Counted from the first letter of the whole stretch, positions 11,837 to 24,821 are shown. The stretch is 63,903 bases of DNA, filler included, from Octopus bimaculoides (GCF_001194135.2; 6 parts of 6 records of this genome joined end to end with filler, not necessarily neighbours in it); one strand, 5' to 3'. The notes: a model not told the origin generated them from the sequence alone. Numbers and translations: made by a program.

Positions 11837-12428
11837 AAGGACCACACACACACACACAATATTCTATTACTAATAAGTGTGCTAAGTTATTGAAAGTTAC
11901 ATATCTCGGCCTCATACACAGACATATTTGTATGTAAGGCCAAGATTTGTAACTATTAACAGTCCACCTGTCTATAATGTGGAACCACAGGGTGGTATAA
12001 TCTGTTACTGTACACAAGACTATAAAATTGATGAGTGTTAAATACAATGGAGTAAAATCCAATAGTAGGGTACCTCTCTTGTTTGGGAGAAAGAGAGAGG
12101 GCAGTGAACATTGGGCTTGTAACCCATTCCCACAAAATAACTAGAATTGTTACAGAAATCAATGCTGTAAGATGATGTATCAGGTTTATGTATTCTTCAG
12201 CATTTTAGGAGTAGACTGAATGGCTACATTAAAAAACATTACTGTGTTTCTTTAGAATATTAATATTGAAAGATTAGTGTAATAGTTTCTACTACAAATT
12301 TCTGCTTTATAGAGGCAATATTCCATATACACATTTTATGCTGACTTTGAAAATTAGAGTTCTTCATAAAAATAAAGGGTAATCTTGTTTCATTGTAATT
12401 ATTGTTTCTCCTTTGAATACAATTCCAG

Positions 12429-12571
12429 GTGCACAGCAGAGAATGTGGGCTCTGCAAAAGCTTCGAAAGATCATGGCAGTCAATTATGGGGTTAATTTGA
12501 ATGTGAACACTCTAATTTCCAGTCCTACAACTGATTCACCTGATCAAGAAACCTCTAGAACCCCAACAATG
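12429..12571 (+). CDS. HERC2: HERC2 exon 8 in window
   Basis: ttccag|GT...ACA ATG|gtaatt. GAQQRMWALQKLRKIMAVNYGVNLNVNTLISSPTTDSPDQETSRTPTM (HERC2 RMWAL.RLRK motif). 143 nt, phase 1 to 0. Confidence 0.93.
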
Positions 12572-13778
12572 GTAATTACTATATGTGTATCTATGTGTAT
12601 GTTTGCATGTGTGTGTGTGTCTGTTTTAAATATAGTTGTATCCCCATTGCTTAACCAACATGGTTTTTGTAGTTGTTGTTGTTGTATTTGTATCACCACA
12701 AGGTTGGAACTAACACCTTGTGGATCAGTGGTGTTGTTCTGAATAAGCAACCCTGTAATTAAAGGTGTTCCAACCTTATCCAACCTGTCATTTTTGTATA
12801 TCTGTGACTATATTCTCCAATGTCTTTTCATTTCTGTTTTTAAGAATTGGAGTATAGTCTGACAAAGATTTAGCTGTTATTTCTAGAAAAACTGTGTGAC
12901 CACATAGAGTCTCCTTCATTGTTTCGAATACCATTCTACAATTGAGTCTTTGACATAACAATTCTCACTTCTCTAGTCCCTGGTTTCATAAACTTCTTGT
13001 TCAACTTAATTTGTACCACATCTCCATGGCCAAACAGTTGTATCCTTGTTGTTTTAATATCCATATTTCCATAATTGTGTGGGGCAGACAGAAATTGTTG
13101 AGACCGACCTTCACTTGTTTCTAACTAAGGAAATTTTTTCTGAAGATCAGATATGGTATCACAGAAGACTGGAAGCAAAGGACAGCTCTTACATAACTGT
13201 GACATTTACAAATATTATTTGAAGTCAAAGCAAAGAAACAGTAATTCATACACATAGACGACAGGTTTCTATCAGTTTCCATCTGTCAAATCCACTCACA
13301 AGGCTTTAGTTAGCCTGAGGCCATAGTAGAACATACTTGTACAAGGTGCCACATATTGAGACTGAATCTGAAACCATATACTGAGCTTAAAACTTCAATT
13401 CTGCACATGGAAGATGATTATTCTTTTACCAGATTCCATCATTAACCCTTTAGCATTTTACCCGGCCATTCCAGCCAAAACATTCTATTTGTCATATGTT
13501 TAAACTGGTCAAATGCAGTCTCTTAAACCTACCCTACAATGTCTGACTAAAAGTAAACAATCCCAAAATTGAAATCTCAAAGCAACAAGATAATGCATGA
13601 TTAAATCAAAACAATGGGAATAAATAAGCTTTATATTTGACAAACTAATCTGAATGCTAGAGTTAAACCCCATCATATAGTGGGGGGAGAGTAGAGTTGC
13701 AAATTTCTTTAATCATATTCCTCAATTTCCTGTGTAGTATTAAAACTTATTTATTGTTTCTCTTTTATTCTCTTGTAG

Positions 13779-13904
13779 TCCCTCAGTGGAACAGCTCTTG
13801 CTTCACTTGTAAAAGGGTTACCTGAAGCTTTACAACGGCAGTATGAATATGAAGATCCTATAGTACGCAGTGGTAAACATCTTATGCATAGTCCATTCTT
13901 CAAG
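13779..13904 (+). CDS. HERC2: HERC2 exon 9, last HERC2 exon found in window
   Basis: ttgtag|TCC...TTC AAG|gtaagc. SLSGTALASLVKGLPEALQRQYEYEDPIVRSGKHLMHSPFFK. 126 nt, phase 0. Confidence 0.96.
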
Positions 13905-13942
13905 GTAAGCTTATTATACATACATTCACGTGTGTGTGTGTG

Positions 13943-14001
<59 letters not shown>

Positions 14002-15504
14002 CCTGCCAAAAGTTTATTTATGTCTCCTTTCAGTATTTCTTAATCCTTTTGTTTCTAGTTTCTCTCCATTTTCTTCTGTGCTTCATTTTGTCATCATCAT
14101 CATCATTTTAATGCCCATGTTCCATGTTAGCATGGGTTGGATGGGGTTCAATAGGTTACAACATGCTGCATCAGGTCCCATTGTCAGTGTTGGCATGGTT
14201 TCTATGGCTGGATACCCTTCCTAATACCAACTACTTTACAGGATGTACTGTGTGTATTTTACCATGGCATTGCCGCTAGTGAGGTTGCTATGCAGCTTGC
14301 AAGACTATGAACCCTAAGAGGAGAGGGGGAAATTGTATGTCAATAGCATAATGAGTAGAGAAGAGGAATATGTATGAGAGAAAGGGCCAGAGCAGAATGA
14401 TTTTCTTGCTGTAGAACACCTGACTACTCATATTTTAGAACAGGTGTGTGGATGGGAGTAGAGCTGCAAAGTGATATATGTCTTATTTTCTATTATTATT
14501 ATTTTTTTACCCCAAGCCTCTCCACTGCTTTTGTTTCTTCTGGTGTTTCTAGTTGCCAATTTTGCAGCACTTTACCTTCTTCTATCCAATTCATTGGCTT
14601 CCTGTGACATCATCATCATCATCTTTTAACGTCTGTCTTCCATGCTGGCATGGGTTGGATGATTTGACAGGAACTGACAAGCTAGAAGCTGCACCAACCT
14701 CTTTTGTCAGATTTGGCATGGTTTCTATGGCTGGATGCTCTTCCTTATTGCAACCACTTCACAGAGTGTAACTGAATGTGTTTTACACAGCACAAGCACT
14801 AACAAAATCTGTTTGGCATAGTTTTTAGATAATCATTTTTTTTTTTTTTTTTTTGGTGCAATTCCTTGTTCAACAGTTTCTCTGAATTTCTCAGATTATC
14901 ATTATCCATTTTATTTACAATTACTGATTGTATATTTCACTTACACTCCTTCGATATTCTCATATCATTCACATACTTCATTTCATCTCTTTCTTTTTAT
15001 CTTGTAGTTCTCTTATTTTTTACCTCCAAATCTGCCTCCACTTCTCTCTTATACATACACACTCATTTTGCTTTCATACATGAATTTCTCTTTCTATATC
15101 TCTCAATCACTCACTTCCTATACTTCTCTTATTTCATCATATTATATCTCTAATTCCTTTTGTCTCGTGTAACACTTTTTTCCATCTCTCTGTACATTTC
15201 ACTGTCTGCACCTAGCTGTTGGATGATTGCATACAGTTTCTTTCCTCAACCCTTTCTGTCTGTTCCCTCCCATTCTCTACAAAAAAGACAGCTACTTTAT
15301 ATTTTAAGCCATGATAAAACTGAGAAGTCCATTGAATAGGAGTGGATGCTTGCATGTGTGATGCACGTATGTACACACATCTGAATATGTGTTCATATAC
15401 AGCTAAACACATATTTATATATAAGTATATATATATATATATATATATATACTTATACACATATGTATGTTCGTGTATGTATGTATACACACACACATAT
15501 ATAT

Positions 15505-16844
15505 AAACAAAACACAAACCCCTTCAGGTAGATGGCCCTGCTCGATCTGTAGAAAAGGCGTGGGTAGGAACTCTATAAGATGCACCCAGTGCAAGCTATG
15601 GACACATAAGAGGTGCAGCAATATCAAAGGAAGGTTAACTAGGAAGTTAGTTTTCGTTTGTAGCAGATGTTCAGGAGCTATAAACACTGTGAATGTGCAG
15701 AAAACAACTTCTGCCACATTCCAGGGAGAAAAACTAGACGTAGTTGATAGCTTCTGCTATCTAGGTGACCAAGTTAGTAGTGGGGGAGGGTGCGCTGAAA
15801 GTGTAGCTGCTAAAATAAGAATAGCCTGGGCAAAGTTCAGAGAGCTCTTACCTCTGCTAATGACAAGGGGCTTCTCACTCAGAGTAAAAGGCAGACTGTA
15901 TGATGCATGTGTACGAACAGCCATGCTACATGGCAGTGAAACATGGGCTGTGACTGCTGAGGACATGTGTAAGCTCGCAAGGAATGAAGCCAGTATGCTC
16001 CAATGGATGAGTAATGTCAGTGTGCATACTAGACAGAGTGTAAGTACCTTTAGAGAAAAGTTGAACATAAGAAGCATCAGTTGTGGTGTGCAAGAGAGAC
16101 GATTGCGCTGGTATGGGCATGTGGTGAGAATGGATGAGGATAGCTGTGTGAAAAAGTGCCACACCCTAGCAGCTGAAGGAACCTGCAGAAGAGGTAGGCC
16201 CAGGAAGACCTGGGATGAGGTGGTGAGGCACGACCTTCGAACATTGGGCCTCACCGAGGCAATGACTTCTGAATGAGATCTTTGGAAATATGCTGTGTGT
16301 GAGAAGACCCGGCAGGCAAAGTGCGACCTAAATCCAAAGCCTCTGCCAGGATGCCTACCTTCCTACGTTGGACACTAAACTCCACTTGCGAAGACCTGTT
16401 GAGGCAAGTGAAATCGAACTAATTATGATGGATGGCACCCACGCCAACGTCGCCTCCTTCATTGGACACAGAAACTTGGCTTGCAAAGACCTGTTGATGC
16501 AAGCTAAAGCGAAATCATGATGGCACCTGTGCCAGTGGCACGTGTAAGGACATTCGAGCAAGATCGTTGCCAGTGCCGCTGGACTGGCTCCCATGCAGGT
16601 GGCACATAAAAGACACCATTTTGAGTGTGGCTGTTGCCAGTACCACCTGACTGGCCTTCATGCCGGTGACACGTAAAAGCACCCACTACACTCTCTGAGT
16701 GGTTGGCGTTAGGAAGGGCATCCAGCTGTAGAAACTCTGCCAAATCAGATTGGAGCCTGGTGTAGCCACCTGGTTCACCAGTTGTCAGTCAAATTGTCCA
16801 ACCCATGCTAGCATGGAAAGCAGACATTAAACGATGATGATGAT
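15505..16844 (+). mobile_element. 5'-truncated RTE-clade LINE (PHD-like finger, RT C-terminus, 3' UTR, (GAT)n tail)
   Basis: ORF 15467-16276 (its N-terminus is microsatellite): CSIC..CTQC..HKRC..CSRC, FCYLG, RIAWAKFREL, MLHGSETW, RRLRWYGHVVRM, GRPRKTW. Ends ...cagacattaaacgatgatgatgat. Confidence 0.92.
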
Positions 16845-17697
16845 ATATATATATAAAGACTTTTTCAATTCCAGAGCATTATACTAATACATCTATTTGT
16901 TTTCTACTCCACCTGTCTTTGTTGTTTTTTTGTGAATTTTCCCTATATATATATAGGTACAAGCGTGGCTGCTTTGTAAGAAGCTTGCTTCCCAACCTTG
17001 AGCAACTGTCTTCTACTTTATCCCTGGACCAACAAAAGCCTTGTATGCAGATTTGTTAGATGGAAATAGAAAGAAGTCCTTCATATTTGTGTGTTGGTTT
17101 ATTTATGTCTCCACAGCTTAGTAGTTTGGCAAAAAGACACTGATAGAATAAACAGCAGGCTTTAAAAAAAATATAAGTAGTTGGGTTGATTTGTTCAAAC
17201 ACATAGTTGTGTGTTTGTGCACATATGCCTACATACATATATATACATACATGCACACATACACACACATTAATTATACATTTGCAAGAAGAGTGTTGAT
17301 TGTAACATTGAAGCTTTGGCCAGCTAACCTTCATTGGACTGTAAGGGTGAAACTTTGAAGTTACTGTCATCACACTTAATAAATATATACTCTACAAAAG
17401 TATTAAGTAATCCGTTGGTTTTAATGTTAATTTTTTTTCCTCCCCCATTATGACTCAACATAAGGTGTGAATACTGGACAGAATACTCAGTGACATTTCT
17501 TCTAGTTCTTCACATTCTGAGTTGAAATGCCTCTGAAGTTGACTTTGCCTTTCATCCTTTCAATAATAATAGAATAAGTACCAGTCAAGCACTGGGGTCG
17601 ATGTAATCAATTTCCCCCTTCGCTCAAAATTGCTAGCCATGTGCCAGAATTAGAAAGGATTATAACTCAACATGCAAACAAACACACACACACACAC

Positions 17698-17780
<83 letters not shown>

Positions 17781-18337
17781 TAAATATACATATANNNNNN
17801 NNNNNNNNNNNNNNNNNNNNNNNNNNNNNNNNNNNNNNNNNNNNNNNNNNNNNNNNNNNNNNNNNNNNNNNNNNNNNNNNNNNNNNNNNNNNNNNNNNNN
17901 NNNNNNNNNNNNNNNNNNNNNNNNNNNNNNNNNNNNNNNNNNNNNNNNNNNNNNNNNNNNNNNNNNNNNNNNNNNNNNNNNNNNNNNNNNNNNNNNNNNN
18001 NNNNNNNNNNNNNNNNNNNNNNNNNNNNNNNNNNNNNNNNNNNNNNNNNNNNNNNNNNNNNNNNNNNNNNNNNNNNNNNNNNNNNNNNNNNNNNNNNNNN
18101 NNNNNNNNNNNNNNNNNNNNNNNNNNNNNNNNNNNNNNNNNNNNNNNNNNNNNNNNNNNNNNNNNNNNNNNNNNNNNNNNNNNNNNNNNNNNNNNNNNNN
18201 NNNNNNNNNNNNNNNNNNNNNNNNNNNNNNNNNNNNNNNNNNNNNNNNNNNNNNNNNNNNNNNNNNNNNNNNNNNNNNNNNNNNNNNNNNNNNNNNNNNN
18301 NNNNNNNNNNNNNNNNNNNNNNNNNNNNNNNNNNNNN

Positions 18338-18415
<78 letters not shown>

Positions 18416-18799
18416 TAAATATACATATATACATAATATATATATATACATACACACACACATTATATACATACCTATATTCACATACATTACACACACA
18501 CACATATTGGTATATAAAAAATTGTGCCACAAGACATTTCTGTAGGAAATAGTTTCTAGTGGCTTCGTTTCTGCTGCTGCTGCTAGAATTGTGTCATGGT
18601 AACCTTCTTTGTTCTTGAAATGGAAAATACGAAAAGATACATTTTCTATTATTGTCTTGTGATAATAAGATGGGAAGTTGAAAGGAATATCGTATGCTGT
18701 GTGTGTTTGTGTGTGCATACAAATATGTGTATATGTATACGTGTATTTATGTACACATGTATTTATGTACGTATACATCTAAGTTTCTGTATATGTGTA

Positions 18800-18840
<41 letters not shown>

Positions 18841-18867
18841 GTGGGATTCTCAGATTTNNNNNNNNNN

Positions 18868-19102
18868 ATTTGACCCCTTGGGGAGTCCATATAAGATTTT
18901 ATTGTTAAAACTTATCTGCAATAAATTGGTTATACTTCTACAATAAACAAAATATTTTAATTTTTTTTATACAATTCTTAATAATGTTTAAGGTTAAAAA
19001 GTATAGTAAGATTTTTTAAACATCAAATGGCTAGCAGGGTCCATCTGAATAAAATAGGAATCACAGTGGTCCATAGGTAAAAAAAATGGTTGAGAAACAC
19101 TG
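18868..19102. mobile_element. hAT/Charlie-like MITE
   Basis: Ends ggttgagaaacactg (Charlie-type TIR). A related copy at about 56027-56240 begins ctgtggttttcaac and shares gtccatataagatttt and ttttaaa(a)catc.aatggcta. Confidence 0.6.
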
Positions 19103-20579
19103 CAACCCATAAAGAAACTCTCAACTGCCTCCCCACACACATTTTATCTTGATCTCTTAACTGAAAACACACGCACCCATCCACTCATGAATATATTTTC
19201 CAATAAAATTGTACAGAAATACAAATTCACACACACACACACTACAAACTAATTTTCCTTAGTGACCACCAAAGTACTGTATGTGGTAACCTAACAAGAG
19301 TCTTCTCCAAGTCAATAAATGCCAGAAATAGCAGTTCACTCTTAACTAGATATAGTGGTTTTCTCTTTCTTCTGCAGTTGCTCTCTAGGAAGATTGCATC
19401 TGTGGTGCCTCTTCCAAACATACAGCTGATCTATATTTCATCTAGACTAAGGGTGCCATGGATCAATTGTATTGTCTCTCTCTCTCATTTCATAGACTGA
19501 TCTTACAATTTGATGGTCTATAATTTCTTATCTCTAAAGTTCCCCTTTTCCCTTGCAGCAGTTTATAATGATTATTACTGCACTAATTGATTGCATATAA
19601 TCAAGGCTGGTTTAAAACCCATACAGGTCCTCAACAGTTAAAAGATTTTGGTGTCTTCATATANNNNNNNNNNNNNNNNNNNNNNNNNNNNNNNNNNNNN
19701 NNNNNNNNNNNNNNNNNNNNNNNNNNNNNNNNNNNNNNNNNNNNNNNNNNNNNNNNNNNNNNNNNNNNNNNNNNNNNNNNNNNNNNNNNNNNNNNNNNNN
19801 NNNNNNNNNNNNNNNNNNNNNNNNNNNNNNNNNNNNNNNNNNNNNNNNNNNNNNNNNNNNNNNNNNNNNNNNNNNNNNNNNNNNNNNNNNNNNNNNNNNN
19901 NNNNNNNNNNNNNNNNNNNNNNNNNNNNNNNNNNNNNNNNNNNNNNNNNNNNNNNNNNNNNNNNNNNNNNNNNNNNNNNNNNNNNNNNNNNNNNNNNNNN
20001 NNNNNNNNNNNNNNNNNNNNNNNNNNNNNNNNNNNNNNNNNNNNNNNNNNNNNNNNNNNNNNNNNNNNNNNNNNNNNNNNNNNNNNNNNNNNNNNNNNNN
20101 NNNNNNNNNNNNNNNNNNNNNNNNNNNNNNNNNNNNNNNNNNNNNNNNNNNNNNNNNNNNNNNNNNNNNNNNNNNNNNNNNNNNNNNNNNNNNNNNNNNN
20201 NNNNNNNNNNNNNNNNNNNNNNNNNNNNNNNNNNNNNNNNNNNNNNNNNNNNNNNNNNNNNNNNNNNNNNNNNNNNNNNNNNNNNNNNNNNNNNNNNNNN
20301 NNNNNNNNNNNNNNNNNNNNNNNNNNNNNNNNNNNNNNNNNNNNNNNNNNNNNNNNNNNNNNNNNNNNNNNNNNNNNNNNNNNNNNNNNNNNNNNNNNNN
20401 NNNNNNNNNNNNNNNNNNNNNNNNNNNNNNNNNNNNNNNNNNNNNNNNNNNNNNNNNNNNNNNNNNNNNNNNNNNNNNNNNNNNNNNNNNNNNNNNNNNN
20501 NNNNNNNNNNNNNNNNNNNNNNNNNNNNNNNNNNNNNNNNNNNNNNNNNNNNNNNNNNNNNNNNNNNNNNNNNNNNNNN

Positions 20580-20770
20580 CGGGTATTCACATTGACATTA
20601 CACATCCAACGGAGCATACTGGCTTCATTCCTTGCGAGCTTACGTATGTCCTCAGCAGTTACAGCCCATGTTTCACTGCCATGTAGCATGGCTGTTCGTA
20701 CGCATGCATCATACAGTCTGCCTTTTACTCTGAGTGAGAGTCCCTTTGTCGCCAGCAGGGGTAAGAGCTC
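20580..20770 (-). mobile_element. Fragment of the same RTE LINE family as 15505-16844
   Basis: LATKGLSLRVKGRLYDACVRTAMLHGSETWAVTAEDIRKLARNEASMLRWMCNVNVN; abuts a gap. Confidence 0.9.
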
Positions 20771-21290
20771 TTATATATATATATATATAATTCAAAATAT
20801 AAACAATATTAAACCATAAAATAAATTTTTATTCTTCAAAATGAACCAAAACTAACTATAAAATGGAAAATAACGTTTATTTTTGTATACTTCCACTTTA
20901 TTTATATTTGAAAAGTTTTCTATTTGTTTAAATTGCAAAGTCTTTCATCAGATCCTCAAAATTCATCTCATGTAACAGATCTAGTTTTGTACTTAGTGGA
21001 GATAGGGCATTCTGAATATTGTTTTAGCATTTAAACTGGCCATATCCAGCTGAAATATTCTACTTGTTTTATGTTCAAAATGGCTAAATCTGGTTTCTCA
21101 CACCAACCCTACAATATATCATTCTAAAAATTAACAGTTACCTCATCAAAACTTCAAAGCTACAAGATAGTATATGATTTAATTCAAAACAATGTGAATG
21201 AAAATCTATTACAGTTCTATATTTAAGAGATGAGGAATTATGTACATTATTTACATTTGACGGATATTTGTCCTCATCTTGTTTGTTGTT

Positions 21291-21336
21291 AACACAACGT
21301 TTCAGCTGATATACCTTCCAGCCTTCATCAGGTGTC
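21291..21336 (-). ncRNA. Minimal type I hammerhead ribozyme motif (best-preserved copy)
   Basis: Minus strand: GACAC-CUGAUGA-A-GGCUG[GAAGGUAUAU]CAGCU-GAAA-CGU-U-GUGUU. Stem I GACAC/GUGUU, stem II GGCUG/CAGCU, palindromic ACGU as stem III. Related motifs at 1606-1650(-), 24149-24194(+), 41821-41863(+). Activity untested. Confidence 0.7.
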
Positions 21337-21545
21337 TTGGGGAAATTTCAAACCTGGGTTCTCATTCCTAAGATATTTTTTTCAATGTTATAATTATTAT
21401 TGTTATTATTATTCAGGGCACTGCCTGGAATCAAACTCGGAATCTTGGGGGTTAGTAGCCTGTGCTCTTAACCACTACTAACACCAAGATTCCGAGTTCA
21501 ATTCCAGGCAGTGCCTTGAATAATAATAATAATAATTATCATTAA

Positions 21546-24110
21546 TTTGCTTTATTGGCCACAAGTGCTAATATCAATCAAAAACATGTAAGGACAAAGA
21601 CAGGACGGAGGACACAAAAGGTTTTGTCCGAAAAGTAGAAAAACGATTGTGTAAACAGAGGAAGAAAACGGTAAAAGATATAACAAATAAATAAATGAAT
21701 AATAAATAAATAAATAAATAAAACTCCCAAAAGGGGTAGGCACTTCGAAAAAGAAAACGTTACTCGTGGAAAAACCCATAACACCATGGGAGCCTGGTCA
21801 GAAAGATAAGAAAGAGGTTATAGAGCCCTTTCTCCTTTTACATTACTTTTTTTCCTACAGGTGTGTTCTCAGAATTGGTCCGTTTATACTGGCCATTCTT
21901 CCAACAGTCACCCATCTTTCAACAAATTTGCTATGAGACAGCACTTCCCTCTCTACTCTCATCCTCCTTTTCAAGTGGAACTTGAAGAAGTGGATGAGGC
22001 CTTGGCCAAAGAGGAAAGTGTCTGCCTTTAGCCCTTTCAAACGGATCCACCATACCACCTCTTTCGCTACAGCCACTAGGCATAGGAAAATTGCCTTGCT
22101 CTCTCGGTTAAAGGAGGTTGGCTGGTCAATCCTCACGATGGATTCAGCTGATAGCTGGATCCGTCCTACACGTGACAGTAGCTGTTCGACATAAACCCAC
22201 AGGTCAGCAATACTCGGGCACTGGACGAGTGCGTGCAGAACGGTTTTGTCGTCCTGAGCGCATCTTGGGCAGGCCCAGTTGACGGCACTTCCGTGCCGGT
22301 ATAGTTTATCTCGAACAGGTAGCGCACCTCAGTAGCACTGCCAGGTGAAGGACCTTTGGAAATTTTCCATGGGCTTCGGCCCGAAAGTTTAACTGATTAT
22401 CTTTGNNNNNNNNNNGCTAGAGTGGAGCTACTACCGATCGCACTGCCCGCCTGACTGAGGGTGGTGAGAGCTTGGCGGCACTCGAGGTGCGAAGCGCCCT
22501 TTCTCGGTCTACGTTTGATCCAGGATTGCAGCTCTGTTAAAGAAACGAGCTGCAGAAAATCGCATCTCATGAACAGCGACCACACTTGTTCACCGTCCAG
22601 GAAATGCTTGAGATGTCATAGCCTGAGCGCATGTTTGCACATCAGTAGCCACGGCATGCCAAGGCCTCTGTTCAGCGGCTGTTGACAGCAGATGGAGTGC
22701 CTGACCAGTGGTACCTAACCCTTCCACAAAAAGTCGAAGAGCAAGCGTACTATCTTGGTTAACCAGCAGTCGGGATAAGGGACGACGGTCAAGCGGTAAT
22801 AGATGACGGATGTGATGTACACATTCGCCACCTCCGCTCGACCTTTCAAGGGGAGCTTCCTCTCGGCCCATTTCTGGGTGAGATTGGCCACCCTGTTCGT
22901 CACTTCTTCCCAGTTTTTCTCCAACTGGAGGTCCGGACTGAACCAGACGCCGAGCAGTTTAACGGGTCCGTCTGTCCAGCACCCTACGATGGTGTTGGAC
23001 GGCATGGACTTGCCCCTCCAGGTGCCTAGTTGCAAGCCCACTGACTTTTCCACGTTAATTTTCGCACCTGTCACCGCTTCATACTCATTTAGTGTCTCGC
23101 CAATCAGGTCAATATGCTTGTGGCTCGACACCATCACGGTGACGTCGTCGGCATAGGCAGACATGCTCTTCCCACATCCCAGATCGCGCGGGACACCCCT
23201 CAAAGCCTCCAACTTCCGCAGTAATGGCTTGAGAGTCAACACATACAGAAGGGAGGAGAGAGGGCATCCTTGGCGAACCGAACGCGAGATGTTGAACGGT
23301 TCCGGTAGATGGCCGTTCACCTGTATGACCGAGCAGATGCCGCTGTATAAAGCAGCTATCCACCTGTGGAAGACCAGACTGAAGCCAGCTGTCTTGAGAA
23401 CAGCTGCCAGGTATCGATGGTCGACTCTATCGAAGGCTTTAGACTGATCTAAATTGATCAAAGCCCCACCCACATCAGCTTTGTTACTCACCCTCTCTAT
23501 GATGTAGCGCATGAGATGGAGGTCGTTGTGGATAGACCTGGTCAGCACGGCGCATGTCTGTGCCTTGNNNNNNNNNNNNNNNNNNNNNNNNNNNNNNNNN
23601 NNNNNNNNNNNNNNNNNNNNNNNNNNNNNNNNNNNNNNNNNNNNNNNNNNNNNNNNNNNNNNNNNNNNNNNNNNNNNNNNNNNNNNNNNNNNNNNNNNNN
23701 NNNNNNNNNNNNNNNNNNNNNNNNNNNNNNNNNNNNNNNNNNNNNNNNNNNNNNNNNNNNNNNNNNNNNNNNNNNNNNNNNNNNNNNNNNNNNNNNNNNN
23801 NNNNNNNNNNNNNNNNNNNNNNNNNNNNNNNNNNNNNNNNNNNNNNNNNNNNNNNNNNNNNNNNNNNNNNNNNNNNNNNNNNNNNNNNNNNNNNNNNNNN
23901 NNNNNNNNNNNNNGATCTACCTCTCGTGCAGCCTTTCATCGCTTCCTGTACTTCCCAGGCAGATATGGGTCCTTCGCAGCACTCGGCTTCGCTGGTCGAG
24001 AGTTGCGGCAGGCCGTCTAGGTATACACCGAAGTCTGTCCCGTCGTCCGTCCTACCGTTCGTCCCGAACAATCAATCAAAGTGCTGCTGAAAAGCCGCAC
24101 ACATCTGCTT
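21546..24110 (-). mobile_element. Tx1/L1-clade LINE, 5'-truncated ORF2 (RT plus C-terminal CCHC zinc knuckle), frameshifted, partly gapped
   Basis: LDQSKAFDRVDH, SVRQGCPLS, AYADDV, KLLGVWF in ORF 22715-23548. CPRCAQDDKTVLHALVQC near 22220-22280. AATAAA close to the 3' end at about 21551-21556. Confidence 0.92.
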
Positions 24111-24425
24111 ACCTTAGGAATGAGAACCCAGGTTTGAAATTTCCCCAAGACACCTGATGAAGGCGGGAGGGTATATCAGCTGAAATATTGTGTTGACAAC
24201 AAACAAGATGAGGACAAATATCCGTCAAATGTAAATAATGAAAATGCATTACTTTTGACAGAATAATGTAAATGCTAAAGGGTTAAAGTTTTTTTTCTTT
24301 TGTGCTGTAAACTATTTACCATTCCTGTAGTGCTCCACTTCCCTTGATACCCTACGCGTGTGCTTATTTTGCTTAATTGGTGATCCAGTGCTGCTTATAA
24401 CACCTTCCAGTTTACTTGATATTAT

Positions 24426-24625
24426 TCAGGTGATTAACATGTATCTTACATCACCAGATATTCTGAGTATCTCAGTTACTATCCCTGATGGATCAGTAGC
24501 TTTCTTTATCTTCATACCTTTAATTGCTTTATTTACTACACTGTTGTCAACTTGAATTGCCATTCTCTCTATTGGGTCAACTTGAGGTAGGCCTCCTTCT
24601 TTACTCCATGCATTCTTCTTGTCTA
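24426..24625 (-). mobile_element. Decayed RTE RT N-terminal fragment
   Basis: VDNSVVNKAIKGMKIKKATDPSGIVTEILRISG resembles the RTE 'kai..mk.gka.gpsgi..eml' segment. Confidence 0.6.
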
Positions 24626-24821
24626 ATCTCCACAGGTGCAGGAGTGGCTGTGTGATAAGTAGCTTTCTTACCAACCACATGGTTCTGTGTTCAGTCCCAC
24701 TGCATGGCACCTTGGGCAAGTGCCTTCTACTATAGCCTCAGGCCAACCAAAGCCTTGTGAGTGGAATTGGTAGACGGAAACTGAAAGAAGCCCATCGTAT
24801 ATATGTATATGTAAATATATA

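Larger units (their letters stand above)
21212..24237. mobile_element. Fold-back family 'C', copy 2: left arm 21212-21478, right arm 21475-21540 plus 24111-24237, split by a Tx1 LINE
   Basis: Flanked by the 14-bp direct repeats atgaaaatctatta (21198-21211) and atgaaaatgcatta (24238-24251). The flanks rejoin into one family-E MITE. Both arms carry the hammerhead motif. Confidence 0.85.

Noticed and set aside
18546-18598. Possible + exon tgtag|GAAATAGTT...TCATG|gtaacc (EIVSSGFVSAAAARIVS) as the missing HERC2 exon
   Set aside because: No convincing similarity to the expected VLVALACDLELD...WAWFRRYC sequence.
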